Of a stretch of DNA of 64,000 bases, positions 29,664-38,169 are shown piece by piece. The stretch is from an uncultured Desulfarculus sp. Lineage in GTDB: Bacteria > Desulfobacterota > Desulfarculia > Desulfarculales > Desulfarculaceae. Position numbers and translations under genes: made by a program. The first letter of the stretch is position 1; every line of letters begins with the position of its first letter. The notes beneath the pieces are model-generated. The model searched no databases and was not told the origin of the DNA. It was given only the letters and a program-made list of their open reading frames with translations. The DNA is taken from the NCBI GenBank assembly GCA_963665125.2, contig CAXXUK010000002.1:1152001-1216000 (forward strand), written 5' to 3'.

Positions 29664-30134
29664 TTCCTTACGAAAGGCATTGATACGCACCCTCAGCCCG
29701 GCCGCTGCCGGCTCGGGGGCCTTGTCCAGGGCGCCGTAGATGGCGGCCAGACAGGAGCGGACCACCGGGTCCAAGGGGCGGCTGCGCTGCAAATGGGCCA
29801 TGAGGCAGGCCACGTCGGCGGCCAGGTCTCCGGCGTCGCGCTGGCCCAGCCCCAGTCCGCCCGCCTTGGCTATGGCCTCCAAAAGCTTTGGCAGGTCGTC
29901 GGTGCCGGTTGCGGCGGCCTCGGCCCCGGCGATGAGGCCCTTGCCCGCCTCGGTGAGGCGCACCGAGCCGCTAAGCGACACCATTTCCAATAGACCATCG
30001 TTCATCAACCCCACGGCCAGGCCTTCGGCCTGTTGGCGGTCCAGGCCCATGGCAATGGCTTCGGATTTGGCGTTGGCGCTTTCGCCGGCCTGGCTGACGC
30101 GCCGTAAAAGTTCCATTCTGGTTTCGTCGCTCAT
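29661..30134 (-). CDS. Hypothetical protein, possible winged-helix N-terminus
   Basis: GC-rich coding bias from MSDETRMELL; LMNDGLLEMVSLSGSVRLTEAG resembles a wHTH wing. Confidence 0.65.
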   Translation of the reverse strand: MSDETRMELLRRVSQAGESANAKSEAIAMGLDRQQAEGLAVGLMNDGLLEMVSLSGSVRLTEAGKGLIAGAEAAATGTDDLPKLLEAIAKAGGLGLGQRDAGDLAADVACLMAHLQRSRPLDPVVRSCLAAIYGALDKAPEPAAAGLRVRINAFRKE

Positions 30135-30282
30135 GGGCCATCCTTGAGAATGATTAGCGTTTATATAATCTACGATACACCCTTTGGCGGTACAGGCAAT
30201 AGCCTCGTAGCTGGAAAAGCCCTGCTGTGGTAATTTGATGCAACGACTTGTCTTTTCATCTTTTTGATATCGGGGCGCGTAT

Positions 30283-32022
30283 TTGAATTGGGCTGTTGAA
30301 CAATACCACCGCCAGGTTCTGGAAAAAGAGCGGGGCACGGTGATCAAGGACCCCGGCGGGCGGCTGCGGGTGGCGCTGATCTATCCCAACACCTACCAGG
30401 TGGGCCTGGCCAACCTGGGCCTGCAGACCGTGTATCGCCTGGTCAACGACCGCCCCGACGCCCTGTGCGAGCGGGTTTTCCTGCCGGACCGCAACCTGGC
30501 CCCGATCTACGCCAAGGCCAAATCGCCGCTGTTGAGCCTGGAAACCAGCAAGCCCCTGGACTGGTTCGACCTGATCCTGGCCACCATATCCTTTGAAAAC
30601 GACGCGCCCAACCTCGTGGCCATGCTCAAAATGGCCGGGCTGGAGCCGCTGGCCGCCCGACGCGGCGGACCAATGCTGGTGGTCGGCGGGGTCATGGCCA
30701 TGCTCAACCCCGAGCCCCTGGCCGATATAGCCGACGCCTTTTTGCTGGGCGAGGCCGAGGTGGTGCTGGAACCGTTCCTGGACGCCTTTATCAACGGCCC
30801 GGACCTGGAGCGCGCGGCCTTGCAAGAGCACCTGGCCCGCGGCGTGCGGGGCTATTACGCCCCTGAGTTATATGATGTGGCCTACAACGCCGACGGCACC
30901 CTGGCCTCGTTCGAGCCCAGGGGCGACGCGCCGCCGTTGATCCCAGCGCCCAAATATCTCGGACCGGCAAGCGGATTCGCCCGCAGCGTGGTCACCGCGC
31001 CGGGGCCGGAGTTCGGCGACATGGCGCTCATCGAGGTGGGCCGGGGCTGCGCCCACGCCTGCCGGTTCTGCGCGGCGGGCCATGTCTACCGCCCGCCTCG
31101 GCTGGGCGCGGGGCCGGATTTCATCCCGGCGGCCAAAGACGCCTGTGCCGACCGGGGCAGGGTGGGGCTGGTTTCGGCGGCGGTCAGCGATCTGCCCGAC
31201 GTGGACTCCCTGGCCCGCAGCGTCATCGACTGCGGCGGACGGCTATCGGTGAGCAGCGTGCGGGCCGACATGCTTAGCGACGACCTGGCCGATGCCCTGG
31301 CCGCCAGCCGCCACCAGACCGTGGCCCTGGCCCCCGAGGCGGGCAGCGCCAGGCTGCGCCGGGTGATCAACAAACACCTGGACGAAGACCACATGTTCCG
31401 GGCCGTGGAAAAGCTGATCCGGGCCGGGGTGCCCAATTTGCGGCTATATTTCATGATCGGCCTACCCGGCGAGACAGACGAAGACGCCCAGGCCATCGTG
31501 GATCTGACCAAAAAGGTGCGGCAGCAGTTCGTGAGCCTGTCGCGGGAAAAAGGCAAGCTGGGCCTGGTTACGGCGGGGGTGAGCCCCTTCGTGCCCAAGC
31601 CGTGGACGCCGTTCCAATGGGAGGCCATGGCCCCCCTGGCCGACATCAAGCGCCGCGTCAAGCTCATCGAAAAGGGCCTGGCCGGCACGGCCAACGTGAA
31701 GGTCAACCACGAGACGCCCAAATACGCCCGGCTTCAGGCGGTCATCTCCAGGGGCGACCGCAGGTTGTCCGGCCTGCTTTTGGCCCTGGCCGTCGACGGC
31801 AACCCCGAACGGGCCTACAAGGCCGCGGGCATCGACCCCGACTTTTATTCCAACCGCCAACGGCCCAAAGAAGAGCTTTTACCGTGGGCCTTTATTGACC
31901 ACGGCATGCAAGCTGATTATCTTTGGTCCGAGGCCCGGCGGGCCAAGGAAGAAAAACAGTCCCCGGCCTGTGAGCCCCGGACATGCCGCCGCTGCGGCGT
32001 ATGCGGCGGGAAAGATGATTAA
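30283..32022 (+). CDS. Radical SAM protein (B12-binding-like N-terminus)
   Basis: ALIYPNTYQVGLANLG, IEVGRGCAHACRFC (CxxxCxxC), LAPEAGS, LYFMIGLP, FVPKPWTPFQW, C-terminal CRRCGVC. Confidence 0.9.
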   Translation: MNWAVEQYHRQVLEKERGTVIKDPGGRLRVALIYPNTYQVGLANLGLQTVYRLVNDRPDALCERVFLPDRNLAPIYAKAKSPLLSLETSKPLDWFDLILATISFENDAPNLVAMLKMAGLEPLAARRGGPMLVVGGVMAMLNPEPLADIADAFLLGEAEVVLEPFLDAFINGPDLERAALQEHLARGVRGYYAPELYDVAYNADGTLASFEPRGDAPPLIPAPKYLGPASGFARSVVTAPGPEFGDMALIEVGRGCAHACRFCAAGHVYRPPRLGAGPDFIPAAKDACADRGRVGLVSAAVSDLPDVDSLARSVIDCGGRLSVSSVRADMLSDDLADALAASRHQTVALAPEAGSARLRRVINKHLDEDHMFRAVEKLIRAGVPNLRLYFMIGLPGETDEDAQAIVDLTKKVRQQFVSLSREKGKLGLVTAGVSPFVPKPWTPFQWEAMAPLADIKRRVKLIEKGLAGTANVKVNHETPKYARLQAVISRGDRRLSGLLLALAVDGNPERAYKAAGIDPDFYSNRQRPKEELLPWAFIDHGMQADYLWSEARRAKEEKQSPACEPRTCRRCGVCGGKDD

Positions 32023-33767
32023 TGGCCGACAAAAGCGAAATTCAGCAAATTATAAGCAACCCCCGCTCGCTCCTGGAGCTTGAGCGACGCGATGCCCGCC
32101 AGGCCGAGGCCCTGTGGCACGGTATGAGCCGCGAGGAAAGATTGCGGGCCATCCTGGCGGCCAGGGGGGCCGACCGCGAACGGCTGATCTCCCTGGCCCA
32201 GGATTCGGCCCAACTGGTCCGGGCCCTGGCCGTGGATGAATTCGCGGGCACGGTCCTGGATCTGGGCGGCGACGACGCAGGTGGCCTGATCTCCATGAGC
32301 AGCGACGCCCAGTTGACCTATCTGCTGGATCTCACCGGCTGGGTCAAGGGAAAGCTGGCTCCGGCGCGCTACGAGGCCTGGGTGCCCATCATCATCGACG
32401 GCGGCGCTCGGCGGGTCAAACGCTGGCTGGACACCACCGACGTGGAGGTGCTCAGTCTGATCATGGCCCACTGGCTGAGGGTGGTGAAATGGCTGGCCAG
32501 CCAGGACGAGCAGGAACCGCCGGACGACCTGCCGTCGTTCACCCTGGACGGCGTGTATTTCATTGATTTCCACAACGGCCAAATGCGCGACCATGCCGTG
32601 CAGGTTTTGGTGGTGCTGAAAAACGAACTGCCCGATCTGTATCAGCGGGTCCTGGAGGCAATGCTCTGGGAATCGGCCGCCGAAATGGCCGAGGACGCCG
32701 CCATGTGGCGTTCGGGCCGCATGACCGATCTGGGCTTCCCCACCCGGCAGGAGGCCTTCGAACTCTGGGCCAAGGCCCCGGCCGGCGAGGACGCCTGGCA
32801 AGATCTGCCCACAAAGGACGAAATGGACTTCATGGGCGATGCGCCGCCCCGCTCGGACGCATCCTTGGGCCTGCTGCCCAGGGAAGAGGTCCTTCCCGTG
32901 GTGGCCGGTTCGATGGAAGGCCCGGCCCTGGACCGGCTGCGGGCCGAACTGGCCTATGTAGCCAACTGCGGGGTGGTGGCCCTGGATGCCGATCCGGCCG
33001 AACCCGAGGAGGTGGCCCGCTCGGCCCGGGAAAGTCTGGGCCTGGCCAATATCGGGCTGGGCCTGCTTGCCTCCGGCGACGTCAAACGGGCCGCCGAGAT
33101 CGTGGCCCGGTTGGGCATAGCGGCCATGGCCCGGCGGGGCGCGGCGGGCATCCGCGAACTGAACCGGCGGGCCTGGTCCCTGGCCGCCGACGGCTGGCTC
33201 TCCAAGGCCCCCGGCGGTGTGTTAATCCTGGATGATCCCCAGGACCGCTGGGTGGCCGGGCTGATGTTCCCCCGGCCACGCTGCTTTGATCCGGCCATGC
33301 CCGAGGGCCGGGAGTACCGGGCGTTTATGGGTGTGGCCGATTTGCAGCATGCCGAACATTATCTGAGCCTGGCCGAGTATTGGGGCGAGCTGCTGGAGAT
33401 GATGGGCATAGATCACCGCCAGATGGCCGGTCTGGCCGCCGAGGCCCCGCCAGAAGAAAGCGGCGGCCTGAAGATGACCTCGGTCATCGGCACCTGGCTG
33501 GCTGGCCGCACCATCGGCCTGCCCGATTTGGAGCCCATACCGGAGGCCCGGCTGACCGAGACGGTGCGGGCCTTGCAAAAGGGCCTGGGCGGTTCCCTGA
33601 ACCAGGAGTTGCTGGCCTCGGTGGAGACCATAGCCGATCCGAGCAAGGCGGCCCTGGCCAGAGAACTGCTCCGGGGCGTGCTGGAGCGTTTGGCCCAGGA
33701 AATAAAACGGATCGACGCGTCCCGGACCTTGGAAGGCCGCTATATATCGATACTGGTGGTGGAATAA
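32022..33767 (+). CDS. Conserved hypothetical protein (resembles DUF6178 family)
   Basis: 581-aa ORF with strong coding bias, coupled to both neighbours by TAATG; motifs QLTYLLDL..W, FTLDGVYF, WRSGRMTDLGFP. Family name is from recall. Confidence 0.65.
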   Translation: MADKSEIQQIISNPRSLLELERRDARQAEALWHGMSREERLRAILAARGADRERLISLAQDSAQLVRALAVDEFAGTVLDLGGDDAGGLISMSSDAQLTYLLDLTGWVKGKLAPARYEAWVPIIIDGGARRVKRWLDTTDVEVLSLIMAHWLRVVKWLASQDEQEPPDDLPSFTLDGVYFIDFHNGQMRDHAVQVLVVLKNELPDLYQRVLEAMLWESAAEMAEDAAMWRSGRMTDLGFPTRQEAFELWAKAPAGEDAWQDLPTKDEMDFMGDAPPRSDASLGLLPREEVLPVVAGSMEGPALDRLRAELAYVANCGVVALDADPAEPEEVARSARESLGLANIGLGLLASGDVKRAAEIVARLGIAAMARRGAAGIRELNRRAWSLAADGWLSKAPGGVLILDDPQDRWVAGLMFPRPRCFDPAMPEGREYRAFMGVADLQHAEHYLSLAEYWGELLEMMGIDHRQMAGLAAEAPPEESGGLKMTSVIGTWLAGRTIGLPDLEPIPEARLTETVRALQKGLGGSLNQELLASVETIADPSKAALARELLRGVLERLAQEIKRIDASRTLEGRYISILVVE

Positions 33768-34477
33768 TGCGCGAACCGGCCAGCCAAATCGCCGAGGTCA
33801 AAGGCATCTTCAGCCGGGTTGCGCCGGTGTACGACCTGCTCAATCATGTGCTGAGCCTGCGGGAAGACATCCGCTGGCGGCGTTTCGTGGCCCGGGCCCT
33901 GCGCCACGGGCCCACCGGCAGGGTGCTGGACGTGGCAACCGGCACCGGCGACCTGGCCTTGGCCGTGGCCGACCGGCCCGACCGCCCCACGGTTGTCGGG
34001 CTCGACCTGGTCCCGGCCATGCTGGAGCCTGCCCGGCGCAAGGTGGCCAAGAGCGGCGCATCGGTGTATCTGCTGGCCGGTGACGCCACCAACCTGCCTT
34101 TTCCGGACCGGCATTTCGACGCCGTGACCTGCGCCTTCGGCATCCGCAACATCCCCGACCGCGTCGGGGCCATGGCCGAAATGCGCCGGGTCTTGGTGCC
34201 CGGCGGCCGGATCTACATACTTGAGTTCACCACGCCGCGCTCCAGCACGGTTCGCCGCATATACAGCCGGTATCTGGTCAACCTGCTGCCGCGTATCGGC
34301 GGAATGGTCTCCGGCGACGAGGCCAGCTACCGCTACCTGGCCGAGACGATTATGGAATTCCCCATACCCGAGGATTTTCGCGGGGAGATGACCGCCGCCG
34401 GTCTGGTTGCCCCACGATCCCACCCCCTGACCAAGGGCATAGCCTGGGCCCATGTGGCCGAGCGACCCCTGCGCTAA
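33767..34477 (+). CDS. ubiE: Ubiquinone/menaquinone biosynthesis C-methyltransferase (UbiE/MenG)
   Basis: FSRVAPVYDLLNHVLS, LDVATGTGD, AFGIRN, RVLVPGG, YRYLAETI. Confidence 0.88.
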   Translation: MREPASQIAEVKGIFSRVAPVYDLLNHVLSLREDIRWRRFVARALRHGPTGRVLDVATGTGDLALAVADRPDRPTVVGLDLVPAMLEPARRKVAKSGASVYLLAGDATNLPFPDRHFDAVTCAFGIRNIPDRVGAMAEMRRVLVPGGRIYILEFTTPRSSTVRRIYSRYLVNLLPRIGGMVSGDEASYRYLAETIMEFPIPEDFRGEMTAAGLVAPRSHPLTKGIAWAHVAERPLR

Positions 34478-34603
34478 TCAAATTTTACAAGTTATTTGAA
34501 ACAGTTTCTTCGCATTTCCGCGCCAGGGCCGCCACAAGCGTCTGGTAAACAGAACATGCCTGCCAAGCACCTGTGAAAGACATAAGAGTGTAGTAAATTT
34601 TTT

Positions 34604-34837
34604 ATGGGTGATGTCATGAATATGCGAAGGCAAGAAGTGAGGATAAGCGCCACTCTTAAGGGCGTATTAGCTGCCAGGGAAGATGGCATGATCATTGAAA
34701 CGCCTTACTGCCGCTATCCGGTCAGGGGCGCGGGTCTGGACCGTCACCTGGGCGATAGAGTTGAAATTCGCGGACTACTGGCCGACGAGGCCGGACGCCG
34801 CATGGTGATGCAGGTTGATTCCTGCCGCCTGATCTAG
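34604..34837 (+). CDS. Small hypothetical protein (possible OB-fold)
   Basis: 77-aa ORF; beta-rich pattern, LGDRVEIRG; followed by a hairpin. Confidence 0.55.
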   Translation: MGDVMNMRRQEVRISATLKGVLAAREDGMIIETPYCRYPVRGAGLDRHLGDRVEIRGLLADEAGRRMVMQVDSCRLI

Positions 34838-34877
34838 TTCAAGCGGTCTACCGTCCGACCGGACGGCGTTTGATGGT

Positions 34878-35246
34878 TCACCAGCCGCCCGGCGGGCGCA
34901 GGGGCTCCATATCAAAAAAATTGTTCATGCCGCGCCACAGGTGGTGTTCGCGCACCTCCAGGTGGCGGATGTTTTCAGTGATCATCAAGGCCCGCATATC
35001 CGAGGGGCGCATGCGCGGGGCCCGGATGATGCTGATATCGAGCCAGCCCAGTTCCCGGGCGGCCTGCCAATGTTCCACCCCGGCTATAATGAAATTGTTG
35101 TCCGTGATCAATAGGGGCTGAAAGCGGCCGCCGGCGGACATGTGCTCCTTGAGCCTGCCGAACTCGAACCGGTCCATGGGCTCGAACAAATTGTCGTGCT
35201 CCGGGTGTGGCCTCAGTTGGCGGGTGTCTGCTGTCTCAAGCTGCAT
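34878..35246 (-). CDS. Stand-alone ParB/Srx N-terminal-domain-like protein
   Basis: LRPHPEH..LF, FQPLLI...IIAG..WQAA.ELG, MITENI. Start reassigned to MQLETADT. Confidence 0.75.
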   Translation of the reverse strand: MQLETADTRQLRPHPEHDNLFEPMDRFEFGRLKEHMSAGGRFQPLLITDNNFIIAGVEHWQAARELGWLDISIIRAPRMRPSDMRALMITENIRHLEVREHHLWRGMNNFFDMEPLRPPGGW

Positions 35247-35518
35247 GGCGCGTAAATCCAATAACAAGAACCACTGCGGCCAAATATAGTGGGCAAGTAG
35301 TGTATCCGCAACCCGCCCGGTTGCAGTCGGCTGACCGGTTGTGCATAATATAGCTAAAATGTAGCTGGAACGTATCGTCTTGCCAGGCAAATTTCCGGTG
35401 CAGCGGCGCAAAAGCTGATCTTCTGTTAAATAATGATGGCCAAGCGCGGTGGTACGATGCTAACAAATAAACCCGCAACATGGTGGGGTAGATGCCGCGA
35501 GAAACAGGACGAAACACC

Positions 35519-35695
35519 ATGCCCGATAAGTCGACACAGGAAACCGAGGCCGCATCCTCGCGACCCAAGGCAAAATTCGAGGTCTATGGCGAGGAGATGA
35601 TCGAAAAGGTCGTCAAGCCAAGCGGAAACTCGGGACGCGTATATCTGCCACCGGAGTGGATCGGCAAAAACGTTAAAATTATCAGGATCGATTGA
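35519..35695 (+). CDS. DUF2080-like small protein
   Basis: KFEVYGEEMIEKVVKPSGNSGRVYLPPEWIGKNVKIIRID matches the family pattern as recalled. Confidence 0.8.
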   Translation: MPDKSTQETEAASSRPKAKFEVYGEEMIEKVVKPSGNSGRVYLPPEWIGKNVKIIRID

Positions 35696-35714
35696 TTATC
35701 GCGGGAAGGTTCCA

Positions 35715-36146
35715 GTGAAACTGCGCCCGATGAACCATGACGACATTGAACAGGTCGTTGAAATACAGAGGCAAATCCAGCGCCGTGATGTCGGCGAACC
35801 CTGGAAGATCATGCTTGACGGTCATCTTGGCAGCGGCCAGCGTTCGGCTTTCGTGGCCGAGGAAGAAGGCCGAGTGATCGGTTTTATTCTGGGCGAGGTC
35901 AAGGCGGGCGGTTTTGGCGCCGAATACGCCGGATGGATCGAAGTTATAGGCGTGCGGCCCGACCGCATGGGCGGCGGCGTGGGCAACGCCCTGGCCAACC
36001 ACATGGTCAAACACCTGGAACAGGCCGGGGTGGACGACGTCTGCACGGCGGTGCGTTGGGACAGCGGCGACCTGCTGGCCTTTTTCAAGAACCTGGGTTT
36101 TGACCGTTCTCCCTTTATCAACCTTAGCCTCAAGCGGGGCGGCTGA
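35715..36146 (+). CDS. GNAT-fold protein
   Basis: FVAEEEGRVIGFI, WIEVIGVRPDRMGGGVGNAL, FFKNLGF. Confidence 0.85.
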   Translation: MKLRPMNHDDIEQVVEIQRQIQRRDVGEPWKIMLDGHLGSGQRSAFVAEEEGRVIGFILGEVKAGGFGAEYAGWIEVIGVRPDRMGGGVGNALANHMVKHLEQAGVDDVCTAVRWDSGDLLAFFKNLGFDRSPFINLSLKRGG

Positions 36147-36156
36147 GCACAGGGCC

Positions 36157-36399
36157 ATGGCCTGCGGACCGGAGCGTGAGAAGCAGTTGCGCGGCGCGGG
36201 ATGGGCAAGGCAGTTCACAGCCTCGGAGCCCAGGCTCAGCGAGGCCGTTGACAACTACCGCCAACTGGGCTTTGAAGTGCATTTGGAGCCGGTGGACCCG
36301 GCGGCCTGCCAGGCCGACGGCCAATGCACTGCCTGCTTTGACAGCTCCGATATCGCGGATGGCATCAAGATCATTTACACCCGGCGGCCCGTCAAATAG
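36157..36399 (+). CDS. Small conserved hypothetical protein with CxxC
   Basis: GWARQFTASEPRLSEAVDNYRQLGFEVHLEP...CTACF...IIYTR; 10 nt downstream of the GNAT gene. Confidence 0.7.
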   Translation: MACGPEREKQLRGAGWARQFTASEPRLSEAVDNYRQLGFEVHLEPVDPAACQADGQCTACFDSSDIADGIKIIYTRRPVK

Positions 36400-36711
36400 G
36401 CTCCATTCCTTCCAATAGCAATTATTGTCAAAAATATGGCGATACCGCGGAAGCGTATGTTGGTAGTCCAGGAAAGCGTCAAAATGCTGTCATTGTTTTG
36501 ACGGTAAGTGTAAATTCAGCTTCACAGTCGTGCGCATCTCCGAGCACATCCGCAAACCGGAATAATTTGCCCAACATCTTGTAATAACGAATCAATCATC
36601 CCTGTAAACAATTCCGCGTAAAAAAAGTGCATCTCCTTTCATAATTTTTCGTTTCCCATAACGTCTGAAAAATAAAGCCGAATCAACTTTGCAGCATTGA
36701 TTGTGTCTTGA

Positions 36712-36727
36712 TGGCCTGCTTGTTGCA
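36712..36727 (+). promoter_or_regulatory. Putative sigma-54 (-24/-12) promoter
   Basis: TGGCCTGCTTGTTGCA: GG-N10-GC with TGGC and TTGCA, about 30 nt upstream of the ATG at 36759. Confidence 0.6.
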
Positions 36728-36758
36728 TACAAATCGGTCAGGATATTAACTGGAGCTG

Positions 36759-37055
36759 ATGATGGAAGCACAGATTCAAAATATGCGCGGGTTGGCAAGG
36801 GTGATCTTCGAGGAAATGGTCTACGCCAGTGAATTGGTGTCCAATCCTTCCGCCCTTTGGACTCCTGACAATTTTCAGAGGCTCCAGGAAGGCCTGAGGG
36901 CAAGATTGGCCCCGGATGCAAGGGACAAGTCGAAGACATTCTTCAATATGGTTTTTGACCGCTCCTTTGCCGAGGCCCGCAGGGTGTTCGAAGGCATCCT
37001 GGATATGGCCGAGTTTGAGCGCTATCATCCCCAGGTCATGTACGCCACCGCGTAA
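36759..37055 (+). CDS. Hypothetical helical protein
   Basis: GGAG ribosome-binding site, 98-aa ORF, downstream hairpin GGGCCGCC/GGCGGCCC at 37079-37100. Confidence 0.7.
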   Translation: MMEAQIQNMRGLARVIFEEMVYASELVSNPSALWTPDNFQRLQEGLRARLAPDARDKSKTFFNMVFDRSFAEARRVFEGILDMAEFERYHPQVMYATA

Positions 37056-37155
37056 CCACATCCCCATGCAAGTTCCCCGGGCCGCCCTTTGTGGCGGCCC
37101 TTGTCATTGACTCCTGAGGTTGCCAGATGCTTTTTCAGGAGCTAACATTAGTTCC

Positions 37156-37995
37156 ATGATTCCGCGCACTCTAAAAATGGGCCTAGCCGCAGGGATGGTT
37201 TGTTTGTTGGCCGCCCACCTGGCCTGGGCCGGGAGCCCCGCCAAGGTCAAACCGGCCTGGCAGACACTGACTCCGGGCATGGAAATGTGTTTTCTGGAAG
37301 CCGGGGCGGCGGCCAGGGTGGGCAGTGAACGGGTGGCCGTGCTGCGGATAGACTCCAACCAATTCCGCTTTCAGGTGCTGGTGGCCCAAGACGGCGATGA
37401 CGAAAAAACGGCCGGAGAGTGGCGGGAGGCCACCGGTGCCCTGGCCGTGTTCAACGCCGGGCAATATGCCGAGGATCATTCATATCTCGGACTATTGGTC
37501 CAGGACGGCAAGGTCATCGGACGCCTGGCCGGCCGTCAGGACGCGATGTTTCTGGCCGAACCAACCGATCCGTCACTCAGCGCAGCCAGAATCATCGACT
37601 TGCGCTATTCAGCCTTTGATCTCAAGGCCAATCCCTACCGCCAGGCCGCCCAGTCACTAATGCTCGTGGACCGCTTCGGCCATATCCGGGTGCGCCGGTC
37701 GCCCAAGATCGCCCACCGCACCGCCCTGGGCATGGACGGCAACGGACGCGTACTGGTTATGGTCACCGAGGGGGCCATGACCCTTTGGGAATATGCCGAG
37801 TTTTTGGCGGGGGCGGGGCTTGGCCTCCGGGAGGTCATGCTCATGGACGGCGGCGGCGAGTCCCAGCTCGATCTGAAAATCGGACGCCTCCAATATGAGC
37901 AATACGGAGGTCCCAGCACCACGCCGGATCTGTTGTGGCCCCGGCAGGTGCTGCCGGCAGCCCTGGCCGTATTTCCCCGTCAGCCTTCCAAATAA
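37156..37995 (+). CDS. Exported phosphodiester glycosidase (NAGPA/DUF2233)-like protein
   Basis: Signal-peptide-like N-terminus; FNAGQY, RTALG.D, MLMDGGGESQL. Confidence 0.75.
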   Translation: MIPRTLKMGLAAGMVCLLAAHLAWAGSPAKVKPAWQTLTPGMEMCFLEAGAAARVGSERVAVLRIDSNQFRFQVLVAQDGDDEKTAGEWREATGALAVFNAGQYAEDHSYLGLLVQDGKVIGRLAGRQDAMFLAEPTDPSLSAARIIDLRYSAFDLKANPYRQAAQSLMLVDRFGHIRVRRSPKIAHRTALGMDGNGRVLVMVTEGAMTLWEYAEFLAGAGLGLREVMLMDGGGESQLDLKIGRLQYEQYGGPSTTPDLLWPRQVLPAALAVFPRQPSK

Positions 37996-38075
37996 CGCAC
38001 CATCGCTAAGTAGTTCGGCCTGCCGTCAAAATAATGACGATAGGCCGGTTTGCCTTGCTCGTGAGGAGGGGGCGC

Positions 38076-38112
38076 CGGACCGGATGCGATTTCCCCGGTC
38101 GCATCCGGTCCG
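38076..38112. terminator. 14-bp hairpin between convergent genes (probable dcw terminator or stabiliser)
   Basis: CGGACCGGATGCGA-N9-TCGCATCCGGTCCG. Confidence 0.6.
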
Positions 38113-38169
38113 ACGGAGGGTTGATGCCACGTCCTATTGGCGGGACGTTGATTCTGGCCTATATGCCCC

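Noticed and set aside
33380..33766. Long N-terminal extension of ubiE/menG
   Set aside because: Alternative-frame read-through of the upstream gene in GC-rich DNA; homology begins at 33767.
38024..38039. Palindrome CGTCA-AAATAA-TGACG
   Set aside because: It lies between convergent gene ends with no promoter to regulate; likely chance.
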